A stretch of DNA of 64,000 bases from the NCBI RefSeq assembly GCF_009914755.1, contig NC_060938.1, one strand, 5' to 3'. This DNA is from the human T2T-CHM13v2.0 reference genome, Homo sapiens. Below are positions 14,567 to 28,635 of the stretch, in pieces; within the stretch, counting starts at the first letter, position 1, and each line of letters begins with the position of its first letter. The position numbers and the translations under genes were made by a program. Under the pieces are notes generated by a model. It was not told the DNA's origin. It was given only the letters and a program-made list of their open reading frames with translations, and searched no databases.

Positions 14567-16171
14567 ATTATAGCACAGTGCCTTTCCCTTAGCAGAGAGT
14601 TATTGTGTTGAGTGCTTGAAGGGGAGGCCTAAGCCCGAATGGGCAGGCAGGCCTTGGTAAGATTCAGCTGTGGGGGCTTGTTTTCAAATGGGGCTCTGTG
14701 TTAAAATGGGAACTGCCTGCATAGAGAGTTTTTGGCCACTTTGGGCTACTCACTTGGGAGATGATGTCTGCTGTCGTCAGGAAAAGGGGGAGATTTTTTT
14801 CCCACTTCAGAGGCTTTCTTTGGGTATGCCAAATTGAGTTTGTTTAGGCTCTGTGCTGTGCAGAGCAGCTGGGGAGAGGAGGAGCTAGCAGCTAGCAGCT
14901 GGCTCTGAAGTTAGCATTCTGTGTGTAAACACCTTGGTACCTACAAGCCAGCAGCTTCAATGTCTTTTGTGACACCTCCTCCCTGGGAAGTTTCTACCTG
15001 TTGGCTATTGTGCCCACTGTTTCTACAGTGGTCCTACCATCAGGGCCTGTTTTGAGGCTTGTGGCCCTCAAATTTTTCCAGTGTAGAAATAGATTTCCCC
15101 AGTATAGAAATATTTGGTGGGGGAAGGGAATTTTGAACAAAATTACTCTGTAATCTCCCTGGTGATGGCCTTTGGCATGGCCTTTCTCTGTTTGCTTCAC
15201 CCACAATATTCATGTGGCAAAGATAAAAACAATAATGCTCCTCTTTCTGGATCATTATAATTTGGAGGGTTTGCCCAGGTTGGGTGTAGACAAAGGGAAG
15301 GAATGATAATTTAAAGCAGATGTGCTATTCTTATGTAAACTGAGCCTGAGGTACTACAGGAAAACTTTGGCATTATTCAGGCCCTGAAACTGCATCTCTG
15401 AAAGTTCATTTTCCTGACAAGCATCTCTCCTCTTCTTCCTACTCCGTTCCCAGCCCATGTTCAGGAGAAAAGGCAATCATTGTAAACCAAGAGAAAATTC
15501 ACCCAAGGATGTTCATCAAAGCTGGGTGTAGTTTCTGCCTTTTGCCCCAGCTGCAGGGTTGGAGGCAGGCATTGGTATGGCCGACAGGGTGGCCCCCGAG
15601 AGATGTCATACGTCTGCCATTCTCCTTTTTCTAACCAAAGAACTAGGTCCTTCCATTTGTGCTCTTTTAAAAACACATTCCTCTAGGGGTTAGGGGAGAC
15701 ATTCCAAACTCCCCTGGACTCTGGCATTTTTGTCACTGTATCCCAGCATATGTCCAGGGTCTTGGCACATAATGAGTGCTTTGAAATATTTGTTGAGTAG
15801 ATGGTGATGACCATTCTACATTCTGGTTTTGGTTAGATTAAGACTGCTTATTTTTCCATTTTATAGATACCGAGATTTTTTCCTTATCTCAGTCATAATC
15901 TTCATGCCCTGCTCATACCCCTCGAAGGCCATCTTTGGGCCCTTGGAGGTGGAATAATACTTTATATTTTCTTCCATCACATGCCTTATTCTCTCAAGAT
16001 TATCTTTTTTACTCCCTTTTACTTTTGGTCATCCATGTAGATGTGTGCAGCTATAGCTCATTGATTTTCTCTGCTGCCAGAGTCTTCCATGTGTGGAATC
16101 ATTGGGTCATAAGTATATATATCTTCACCTTTACAAAATTATGTCAAATAGTTTTCCAAAGTGATTGTATC

Positions 16172-16719
16172 TATATCATTCTGTTCCAATTATTTAATGG
16201 TGCAAATGACCCCAAGTTGAGTGGATTAAAGCACCAATTTTATTTTGCTTATAATGTTGTGGGTCACGAGTGTGGGAGGAGCTTGGCTGAGCAGCTTGTC
16301 TCTAATCCATGTAATGTAAGCTGAGGCTGCTGGCACAAAGGATCCACACCTAACATGGCTTCATCACTCATATCCACATCTTGGTGCTCTTTGTCTCTCC
16401 ACATGGCATCTCATCCTCTAGGGCCTACCCACATGGCTTGGGGTTAAGAATGGTGGCCTCAGGGTAGTCTGACTTGCTATATATGGTGGCTCAATGTCCC
16501 AAGAACAAATGTTCCAAGTGTTTGGAAATGAATGCTATCAGTCTCTTAAGGCCTGGGCCTGGTAGTTTGCATAACAGCATTTCTGCCACATTCTATCAGT
16601 AAAGGGGTCATACGGCCTGCTGAGAATCATGGGGAGGAGGTATAGACCTCCCAAATCTTACAGGGGTAAATATGATAGGGAACAATAATTTGTGGTCGTC
16701 GTCTTTTATCTGCCATACA
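16172..16719 (-). mobile_element. Old MaLR LTR (MLT1G/H-like) within an L1M remnant
   Basis: ACCCCAAGTTGAGTGGATTAAAGCACC...GCTTGGCTGAGCAG...TCTCTCCACATGGC...CATTTCTGCCACATTCTAT. L1M-like sequence on both sides (about 16010-16170 and 16720-16815). Confidence 0.65.
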
Positions 16720-16844
16720 TTCTCTGCAGTAAAATATCGAAGTTCTTTCGCTACACACCCTTGTTAACAACTACTATCATCAAACTTAAACACTTTTGCC
16801 AATCTAGTGACATGAAAAAATAGGAAGAATATTTTAAAACAACA

Positions 16845-17042
16845 TTTATTGAATATTTACTGTGTGCATTTACAGGCATTGGGCTAAATGCTTTTCATTC
16901 CCTGCCCTAATTTTAATCTTAACGATAATCATGTGAAGTAGACGCTTATTACCCTCAGAGAGGTTAACTAACTTGCCAAAGGTCATCTAGCTATAGGTGT
17001 AGATTTGAAGAGACATTACCTGACTTCTAAGCCCATGCTTTT
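16845..17042 (-). mobile_element. MIR SINE
   Basis: ACATTTATTGA...CTCAGAGAGGTTAACTAACTTGCCAAAGGTCA...TGACTTCTAAGCCCATGCT. Confidence 0.7.
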
Positions 17043-20000
17043 AATTTTTCCTTTTATCCCAAGAAGTGAGCTGAGATGATGATTTGAGACAGGGGCAGGA
17101 CTATAAAGGAAATGTAAAACTATTGAGCCATGATGATTAAATAAAATATAAAGTAGTAGGAAAGAAAATATAATTTTAAAATGTTTTTTCATTTCACTTG
17201 GAGGTATGATGTCTCCCTTTCTCTATACCAAGCAATAAACAATATTTGACTCCAAAAGTAAAAACAAAACAAAGCAAAGCAATGCAACAGTCTGCCACCC
17301 CCAACCCAAAACTTTTTAGTGCTTGATAGGAATTGGTACTAGTTTTCAAAAGGGGGCTGGAGCTGACCTCAACATACGTAGAGCATGACTGAAGATGCAG
17401 ATATACTTCTTTTATCTAAGTCAAGGCAACATTGCAGCTTTTGTGGTTTGACTAGCCCAGAAGGAAAGGATGAGAATATTCCCTGCACAGTAGGTTTTGG
17501 GTTACGCTTTCCTTACAGCCTAAATTGGAGTCTCATTGATCAATTTTCTATTCTTTGCTGTCCCTTTTCTCAAAGAATAACAACAAAGCTGCATGCATGA
17601 GCATGTCATCCACCAGCCAGATATTTACAGTGAACAAATCTACTTTTCCATAGTGTGAGGATTTCCAGGGCAAGTGCCCAAACCTCACAATGTCACATGC
17701 AGGCTTCTTGTGGTGATAGAACTTCATGACCTAACACATTTTTGTGTCTTATTTCATTCCTGATATGGATTCCCTCATCCTTGAGGAAAATAGGTCTTCT
17801 TCGTACATTTCAGAAATAACTCGTGAGTTCAAATCATAACTGATTTCCATGGCCACATTAGTTGCTTAAGGCCTGGGGTCTCAGATTCCAAATGACTTGG
17901 AATAATTTTTTAGATTATTTCTTCCCCAAACTTCAATCCCTCTCACAGACTGAATTAACCTTCTTCATCCTTTCCTTAACCTGTTCTTTTCCAGGTAAAC
18001 TTCTTGGTTCACTTTTCCTGCTCTGAGCACCCTTTTGAGGAGTCTCAGTGTGTTTTCCTTGCATTTATTGCATTTTTTCTTTTTTTTGTATAGATAGAGA
18101 TTTATTATAAGGAATTGGCTCATGCAGTTATGGAAGATTGTATATTGTGTTTCATTTTAACCAGCTTCTGTTTCATTAAAAATTAGTACTTCTAGGCTTT
18201 TACATTTTTCTATTGTTTTCAGTGTTGCTCAAAGCGATTGGAATTTTATCTATAATATTTAGCCAGGTTTGAATATCTCCCCAAAGGGATGAGATGTGGG
18301 TTATATATGGGATCATTCATCTTTGTTTCCTTGTCTTTTCTATCCTCAAGAAGTTTGGTTTAGTGGTTCAGTAGTTTGGCTTCATTTTCTGCTGCCCTGT
18401 TATTAGTTGAAAGCTGGACTCAAGAAATTATGATCACAAGGAAAATCTCTAGCTGCTAGTGTCATACACACAAATTATTGACTTAATACAGCAAAATTAG
18501 AAAACCTTTAAATATTTCATGCAGAATGTTATTTAGGATCTATTAATATATTTGCGGTTTAAAAAATAACAGAAATAAATGGAAGAAAATTTGAACTTGA
18601 AAATAACATACTACCCACTTGATTGTAGGGGACCCAAATTCCTCATGGTGGTATTCTCAGCCCTGACAGCTCTCCTCTCCTAGATGATTAAATAACCTTC
18701 TTAGTTCTTAGGAATAGATTTCCAATTGTGGTGACCTTTAATGGTGACCATATGACACGGAGTCAGGGAGGAGTGTGCAGATGTCTCTTGTGGAAATGGT
18801 GATATCAGTGAAGTGTGAAAATGTGTCTGCTTCTTTCTTAAATCAAAGCCAACAGTCACTTAAAAAGATGCATCAATTATTAAGAGCTCTAAACTTAACT
18901 TTATGTTAACATTAATAGAATAGAACTTTTGGTTCTACTTAGCCTGGGTAAAATGCCTGATAAGCTTTTCTAGGAAAATATCTCTTATTGGGAACACAAG
19001 TAAAAAATGTGTAAAGGGATATCGTCCTATTTTTCTGTATTGAACCAGAAGTGTATCCTAGACAATCCCTAGGAATTCCCCTTGCTCCAAAATGCTATGA
19101 TCTCAGGTAGAAATGAAATCTTTAGCCTGAAACACAGAGTCAGAATCTGAAGAGCCCATTTTTTCCTCTTTCTGGCTTTTCCAGTTTACAATGATTGTCA
19201 GGTGCCTTCTTTTTAGACTTTCAGGGATGTTCAAAACAAAACATGACACAACAAAGTGTTCTTTCTCCACAGGCATCATTGGTCTCCACAGGCTATTGTG
19301 GGTGAGAGATGATTTAATTAAGAATTGGGCACCTATAACATTGGGAAAACAAGGTCTTTGTGTAAAACGTGTTCCCAAGGGGAGTTCTGGGAGGGATGCT
19401 GGAACCAGGACAGCTTGAGATCCCAGACACCGTGCTCATCTGCCATGAGTGCTCCAGCAAATGGGCTGTTGCTTTTCAGGCTCCTCCTCCATTCTATTCA
19501 GGCTGCCTCTGTGTTTTTTTTTCTTTCTTTTGAAAGGCTATGAATGATTTATTTGTCTTTGCTTTTTAAGTGATGCCCCATTATGTTTATAATACTATAT
19601 ACCACATATACCTAAATAAAAGACAACTAAGAGCAAAAAATATGTTTGGCCAATTTGAAAATTCTTTATATCTCTATATATTTTAGAAATATAGATGAGA
19701 TATTCAAATGTCAACAGATATTTAATTTATTAATACAGGTACTCATTTATATTTAAAATAACATCTTAATATTAAAATATTATTTTTTCCACTCTGTTTC
19801 CTGAAATGATTTTATTCAAACACTTTACATGTATTTTTTCTTGACTTCTATTTGAATCACCTAACATGGCTTTCTAGGCTCATTCGACTCACTTCCAAGT
19901 TGTTTGGGAAGCACTGTTTTTGAATCCCTGTTCAATGTGATAACAGGAACTGCTGTGCCAGGCCAGAAGGACTTATTTGGCCAACATTAGGTGGTTGGCT

Positions 20001-20436
20001 TCTCATTGTCATGTAGGCATATATTTGTGATCATCAAAATGTAACCACTTACTATGTTGCTTTTAAAAGTTATTTTTAAATGCTTGTTGCTCTATTTTTA
20101 ACTACATTTGATAATTGCAAATACAAATCTTAACCTTTATGAATAAATGACTGAATCCAGGTTAAATTTCTCATTTCCTTTTTTACCCATACTGACATTT
20201 ATAAGGACCCCAAGCAAGTATGGATTGAGGTTGTTTTAGGCTTGTATGCTTTTCCCATGAGATACTTTGTAGTTCAAAATAAAATACTTGAAAAAAAAAA
20301 AAAAACCTTCTTTGTGAGATTTTGTCAGGCAACTCATTTTATAAGGAACAATCCCAGGAATGTAACAGAAAATGTTTGCCTTACATTAGGGCATTAGAAA
20401 TATAATGAAGTGAGTTCCCTAACAAGAGATAGAAGG

Positions 20437-21138
<702 letters not shown>

Positions 21139-22967
21139 AAAGGACTGCAGTAATTCTATGTTTCTATTTAATATGCCCATTTTATTTGTATAATATGTGG
21201 AAGTGCATGGTAGTTTTCTTTTCCTACTTTCTACTTAAAGGTAAGGCTGATAAACCAGGGGTTGAAGCTTGGAGAAGGCCTCTCTCCTTGCTTGTTGTTT
21301 GTCTCATGGGTACATCCAGAAATCGCCTTAGAAAACAGACAGGAAGGATTATGTTTGCTGATCAAACCGTTTGAATGAACCTCACGCTTTGGACAGAGAA
21401 AGAAATCAGATTATGTTAAAACACTTTTAAGCATTGAAAAGATCATGAATGATGAAAGCCCAGTGATGTACCTGTCAGGGTGCATGAGATGTCAGTGGTG
21501 TACCTGTATGCTGCTTTGGAGTGACCTTGGACATTTCTTAATACAGTCCTTGCCATCACTGTCATCACTGTCATTATTGTCACCATTACGATCTTTCCCT
21601 GATTACTTGCTATGCCAAGGACTGCACATGTTGATTTTCACAAATCGTTTCTCTTGGTTCACACAGTTAATGATCCAGCCTCGCTGTGGTTGGAAAGTTT
21701 GGAGAGGAAAATAGTTTTAATAATAACTGTCTTGCACACCTTGGTAGCTTGTTTTCGGCCCACTTCAATCTTTGAAAAATTAAAATCCATAAGGTTGTGA
21801 AGGAAACTAGCCTTATGCAAAATGACAAAGTAAGACAAAGAAGTTTTTCAGTCTTTTTCATTCTTTTCATCTTCCCCTTGGCAGCATTCCCAGCTCCAGG
21901 ACCATACTTTCTTTGACCTTCCCCCTTCCTCTTTTGCTTTCTTTTGGGATTCTGCCCCCTGTTAAGGCTAATTTGAGGCAATTAAATTACTCTAAGATTG
22001 AAATTTTGAAGGCTTTGGCTTGAAGCTTGGGTTTCCCACTTAAGAACTGTGTTATCTTGAGCCAATCATTTAAGCTTTCTAAGCCTCAGTTTTTTTATCT
22101 GTGTTGAAAATGGCTGTGTGTGAATTAAAAGAGATAATGTGTGTTGCTGAGGCTAAAGTGTGATTACGGTCCCACATATTATTTGCATTTTAATGTGGCC
22201 TTTAATTGAGAGGTGTCTGAATTTGAGAATTTGAGCTATAGAAGTTTGATGAGGGAAATAGGATGTGTGCTTGGGGAACAGGTTTGGATGCAGGGCTACC
22301 TGCACCCCTAGAATAATTTATGGTTGGGAGGTCATATTTGTTGCCTATTGGCATCTGCCCCCATCTTCTTAACTCTCAGATTAGAACAACAGACACTTTA
22401 AGCCCAGAAGAAGTTGTTTAGGCCCATATGATGTAATGGAAAGGTAGATGGTCTTGCCCAATATCGCACAGGTCACTAGCGTCAAAGCTGGGGTGAGAGC
22501 CATTTGTCATCACTCCCAGTAGTGGAATTGGCAATGTTTAGTCTGAAGAAAGCTTGTTAAATACCATTTCCTCCTAAGAGTTCCTAACGGAAGCTTTTAG
22601 ATACCTAATGCTTACTTTTTGTGCATCCTCTGGGTGGAGTGATTTCACAAGAGCCTTAAAAAGGGAGTCATCTGGACCTGACAGTCCCAAAGCCGGTTAG
22701 GACTGCACCAGGTGGAGATTAGCATCTCTTGGACTCCAGAGACACTGCCTGAGTTCCCAGATATTCAAGGAATTGGGGAGAGCTCTATGAATGAATTCAG
22801 TGGATTTCTGAAGTTGTAAACTGACTTTCACCTGAAGACTCTTGTCTGAGGCTCTTAACATTTTTATGTTGAAACACTCCAAGCATATAGTAAAGAATTA
22901 AGCAAAAGTAGGGAACACTGAACTCACTGCGGCTTCTTAAATCTTTCTCTTTTTTTTGCCATTTCAC

Positions 22968-23252
22968 TTTTTTTTTTCTTTGAGATAGACTCTCGCTCCG
23001 TCACCCAGGCTGGAGTGCCGTGGTTCACTGCAACTTCTGCCTCTTGAGTTCAAGCGATTCTCCGGCCTTAGCCTCCTGAGTAGCTGGGATTACAGGCACA
23101 TGCCACCACGCCTGGCTAATTTTTGTATTTTTAGTAGAGATGGGGTTTCACCATGTTGGCTAGGCTGGTCTCGAACTCCTGACCTCAGGTGATCCGCCCA
23201 CCTCGGCCTTCCAAAGTGCTGGAATTACAGGCATGAGCCACCGCGCCCAGGC
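22968..23252 (-). mobile_element. AluSx-like with short internal deletion
   Basis: GACCTCAGGTGATCCGCCC motif. TSD CATTTCACTTTTT/CATATCACTTTTT. Confidence 0.92.
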
Positions 23253-23334
23253 TCATATCACTTTTTAAAGAAAGAAAATGAAACAGGTACTGAAGTTTTT
23301 TGGCTTTTTAAAATCTATGATCCTTGAGTATTCT

Positions 23335-23600
23335 TTCCCCCCAGAAGCCATTGCTCTAAATTTGGTGTTTATAATTATTTTTGCACATTTTATACTTGAC
23401 TTATGAATCTGCAGACATAAGTATTTATCCATGAGTAGTATAAGTCAAGTTTTGCATGTTTTTAAAATTTATATAAATAGCATCAGACCATATGATTTCC
23501 ATACCTTGCTTATTTTGTTTAACTTTGTGTTTTGGAGATTTATCCATGTTGAGACATGTAGCCCATAATATTTTAACGTCAATAATTTACATGGTAGGAA
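23335..23600 (-). mobile_element. Ancient L1M fragment
   Basis: TTTTGCATGTTTTTAAAATTTATATAAATAGCATCA...TTTGGAGATTTATCCATGTTGA. Confidence 0.55.
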
Positions 23601-23839
23601 TATTCAACTGTTATTTGCCACTTATTTGTTGCTCACCTGTCTCACTATCTTCATACTACATTTTAATCTCCTCTCAATCATTTCATTTTGTGACTTCTTC
23701 AGAGTTGTGCAGTGAACCACGGCTCACTATTAGGACATAAAAATGCAGGTCGCCGCACAGAATCTAAAGGTGTGCATGTACGGTTTTGAATGGTACTAAT
23801 ATGGAATTCCATTCTGGATGCTGCAAGGGCCACCTCTAA

Positions 23840-24180
<341 letters not shown>

Positions 24181-25141
24181 CTCGTTTTTTCTTAAGGCGT
24201 ATTTAAAGCAGACCTCAGAGTGACTTTAGGGTTGTATTTTGAAGGAACATTTATTTTTTAAACAAACTATCATTCCCCCTCCCTGCCTGCCATTATTGTG
24301 TTTTCTTCATCCAGCTTAGGATGAGGCACAGTTAAATCTTGATTGTTGCTCAGGAGTTTTGTGCTGATTTATCCTTTATTTGCCCCATGTTCTTGAAAAT
24401 CCATTAAAAAAGAGGAATAAAAAGGCTTTAGGAGGTTAGTGTGGTTATTTCACGGAGGAATGTCAGGAAAGACTATCCCCCCTCCCTATGACCCCTCAGA
24501 ACCTCCCTTTTCTCCTCATCCTGCCAGGCTCCCTGGTACGCCCCTCCCTGAGCAGCGTGGCTCTGTCTCCACAGGTCCGCTTCTGTCCCTTCTTGTGCTC
24601 TTTTCCTGGATCCTTGAGCTCCACTGAAGCCATTCCATCTGGTCATGGGACATCTGTGATTTCAGTCTAATGACATTTCGTGAGGCTGGGATCCTGTGTC
24701 CCAGCACTCTTTGGGGAGAGCTATTTCCAGGAAGGCGAGGGCCTGCGGTCAGTGAGGCAGACAGCACAGCTGCAGGGGACGGCGTGGACAAAACTAAACC
24801 CTCCCACAGCTGAGTGCATGTCATCAATGTAAACGTTGATCTCCTTTTTTTAAATCCTCAAGGGACCCCGAGGAGCGGGCTGTGTCTCTGGAACCTTAAC
24901 TAGGCAAAAATTGGTATTATGGTTGGAAATGCAGCTGGCCAACGCAAGAAGCTTCAAGAGCTGAGAGGGTCACAGAGAGGTCAAGGGGAAGGGAGGTGGG
25001 GGAGTGAAGGGGCTCAGATGAAATATTTCAGGGATTGTAAGCTGTTAAATAAATATTCCCGCCCCTACCCTTGGCTTATCAAGCCGTCCTAAGCTTTTGA
25101 AGCTTACTAATCTTGCCCCCCTTAAACTCCCTGTGTTCCAG

Positions 25142-25276
25142 TCGGTAGCGACTGGATCAGCTTTTGACTGTCACAGTGTCCCAGAAACAAGGCAAATGAA
25201 TGCTGGGAGGCTTGTTATCAAGAGGGCAGTCAGTATCTGTGAGGGCCTGGGGCCTGCTGAGAAAGTCAAAGTGAAG
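25142..25276 (+). other. Candidate internal exon (135 nt, unverified)
   Basis: Branch point TACTAAT 25105-25111, pyrimidine-rich tract, CAG acceptor ending 25141, donor AAG|GTGAGT at 25276/25277. No stop codon in phase 0. Confidence 0.35.
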
Positions 25277-26029
25277 GTGAGTGCCCTTCTGAACTCTGGA
25301 TCGGATCACCTCTCTCGTCTTCTGTCCCGGTGCTGAATTAAGGACTGGGGTGCCCTGGGGGCCCTGGCTGAGGTCTCCCAGGTTTCTCTTTCTGGTACAA
25401 GCTAATTATTTATGATATTTCATTTAAGATGTTCATTGCTTAATTGCAAAATTATCAAAACCAAAACAGTAGTAACCAGGCATGATGAGCTGGTGGTAAA
25501 GTGGTCACAGGATTGAAAATGTTTGAGAATAATAGTTTTCAAGTGTTTCCTGCTGGCCACATGGATGCCACAGCCTATCTCAGGACATGGTGAATGATAT
25601 CGAAGAAGAGTTAAAACTGTCTGAACACTCATCATATGTCTCATAGTTTGCTAAACTTCTATATGTATTCTCATTTCATTTTTCCTTATCTCTGTTTTAC
25701 AGATAAGACTGAGGCTTAGAGAGATCCAGTCATTTCATAGCTGATACATGGAAGAATCAAGATGCAAACCCAGGTCTGAAAGGATCTGAAGTGTATATAT
25801 ATTTTTTCTTTTTGCTGTTACATCACCACAGTGTGGGCCACACATCTGTGTGTGGCATACAGCATATGGTATTATATTTCAATTTGGTGACTTGAGGATG
25901 CCAACCAATTTAGAAATTGCTTTTCTTGTATTAGTGTTCTATACAAAGTCCATAGGGCTTATGATATAAAATTAGGAGAAATCTTTGGGTGTTCTTTTTT
26001 TTTTTCTAGTCAAGCTGACCACTTAAATC

Positions 26030-26290
26030 ATTTGTTCATTCATTCAACATTTATTAGGTGTCTAGTTTGTGCCAGATACAGTGCTAAATGCTGGGGAAAC
26101 GATGGCAAGCAACAGCAGCAATGGACCTGGGTCCATGGAGCTAGAGTCAGATGTAATCAAATAATTACAACAATGTGGAGTTTCTCTTGGGATAAGTGCT
26201 GTGAAAAGAGAGGTACAGGGTGTGAATGTTCATGGTACGTGGATGTGACTGATCTGAAAGGTCAGGAAGGCTTCCTGGGAAGCAGTGCAG
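26030..26290 (-). mobile_element. L2 3' fragment
   Basis: TTCATTCATTCAACATTTATTAGGTGTCTAGTTTGTGCCAGATACAGTGCTAAATGCTGGGGA...GGTCAGGAAGGCTTCCTGG. Confidence 0.7.
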
Positions 26291-27245
26291 GAGCAATGTG
26301 CACATGGAGAGACTCCGTGACTATTGGAGGTAGATGAAGCCTCGTGGCACTGCCTTTGGCTGCTCAGCAGAGGAGCACCCATCGGGCAGGCAGGGTCCTT
26401 GGATTTGGCCTCTCACTTGGGATCACCTCTTTGGCCTCGAGAAAAGATGTTCCAGGTTATGAGAAGTCCAGGCCTGTTTGGGGAATCAACCAAGCATTTC
26501 ATAATTCAAGTACAACTTAGCATAGAATGCCCAGGAAGCAGGAGGCTCCCACTTGTCCAACCTGAATGTCTCCTGTTTGTTGGAGGGTGGTTATAATAGG
26601 GACTAGCACTGTTTATCTTGTAGAAGGTCAGTCCCTAGAATAATCTTTATTTAGCCTTCATGAAGATACATACAGTGACGTTTCTTCTACACAGAAGAGC
26701 ACTCATAAAGTCCTTGAATCTTAATGGTGGAAGGACGTTAATGAATGTTAATGGAGAAGGATCATATTTGGGTCTATCACCTTTCTGGCAATGAGGAAAG
26801 TAAAGCTCAGTGGTCAGATTTATGTGGCTAGGCTCATTGATGTATTCACTCTCCTGGGTGCTGTGGCCACAGAGGTGATCAAACTAGACAAGACGCCTGC
26901 CCTCATTGAGGTACATTCTAGTGGGTCTCCAGTTTCCTAGTTCCAGTCCAGTTTTCTTTTATGACATATTCACTTTCCAGACCTTACTCCTTCTTGGAAA
27001 TGAGTTCTCCTTGGGGCAAACAGGCATTATTTTGATTAATGGCCCTCCTAAAATTTGGAGCCTATAGTTAAAATAACCAAGCAAATGTCTGTGAGAACTT
27101 TCTGTGGCTGAATAATGCCAACATTTTCTTTAATTAACATACAGTTGCTTTTTCGGAAAAGGGAGCATTATAGCCCCATGACAAAGCCGTGCTCTTTCTT
27201 GACTCCTAGTACTGGCTACTGTGGGCTTCAGATGGGGGATTGTTA

Positions 27246-27416
<171 letters not shown>

Positions 27417-28487
27417 TTAATTTATTGCTTTTTTATTGCATCAACAACATATTAATTTTTAATTACTGTTTTTGTTTATTAATTCTTAGGCTAAGGGTAA
27501 TAGTCTCCAAGCTGGAGGCTGAAAAATAATCTATTTCTTCTTATCATCACTGAGGCCTACAATCTTCTTTTCAGATAACTTTTTCATGTCATTATTTCTG
27601 TGTTAAATGGGGAATTAGATATTTTTCTCTATAAATAGCTATCCCTGAAAAGTAGTATGTACCTGCTGAGTGCTTGTCACCAGTTTTAAATTAATTCACT
27701 GTTTTCAATGGATGACTTTCCTAGTGATGCCACATATATTTTAATAGCTGATGACCCTTTTGTGTCAGAACTAGATACCTGGATATCCCAAATCGATGTA
27801 ATGTTAGCCTGATGATAATAATAGTAATAGTTATATAGTGCTTGCTAGGAGTTAGAATCTGCTTCAACCACTTTAATATAACTCATTTTCATTCTCACAA
27901 TAATTCATGGAAGGTTGTATTTTTTTTTTCATTGTACAGACGAAGAGGCTGTAATAGAGGTCAAGTATCAGTATGTTAAAACACCACCTTTAGTTTTACA
28001 ATAACTATATAATTCCTCACTTTACTCCCAAATCTTCACTAAATATGGTGAACTCATCTCCAGGCTAGTCATTTGTTGTGCAAACTCACATTGATTTTTC
28101 AGTCTCTCAAAGTCAGAGCTGATAATGACTTTGGCCACCAACTGGTTCGACTGCCCCCCACCTCGTGACTCTCTTCACCAGACTTTTTAGGGAAATCAAA
28201 AGCTTCAGGTGAAAGCCTCAGCATACTCTTCACCCTGCTTGAGTTGCCTTTCATCTAAATCTCTCTAATGATAAGCTCCTAATGAGCTGATCTTCACAAT
28301 TGAAATTCTGGCTTTGTTTTGCCGTATATTGTTGTGTTGGCGCTAAGGGAGGTCACTTAGCACATGAAAATACCCCTTACCCCCTTCCAGGCCACAGACT
28401 GTGGCCTATTTCATCCAGTGAGGCTGCTGGCTTTTGACATGGAGTGATGGATGGATGGGAGGGATTCTGAGGTCAAAAGTTCTACTT

Positions 28488-28635
28488 CCTTGCTGCTCAA
28501 AGTGTGGTCCAGGAACCAGGCAGCATGGGTGTCATCAGGAAGCATATGAGACATGCACACACCCAGGCTCACCCCACACTCACTGAATCAGGATCTGCAT
28601 TTAACAGGATTCTCATTAACATTTGAGAAGCAATG
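28488..28635. mobile_element. MER5A1-like hAT MITE
   Basis: CTCAAAGTGTGGTCC...CTGAATCAGGATCTGCATTTAACAGGAT...TTTGAGAAGCA. Confidence 0.75.

Noticed and set aside
27629-27638. Perfect MEF2 motif CTATAAATAG
   Set aside because: A single 10-mer in AT-rich DNA is expected by chance in 64 kb.
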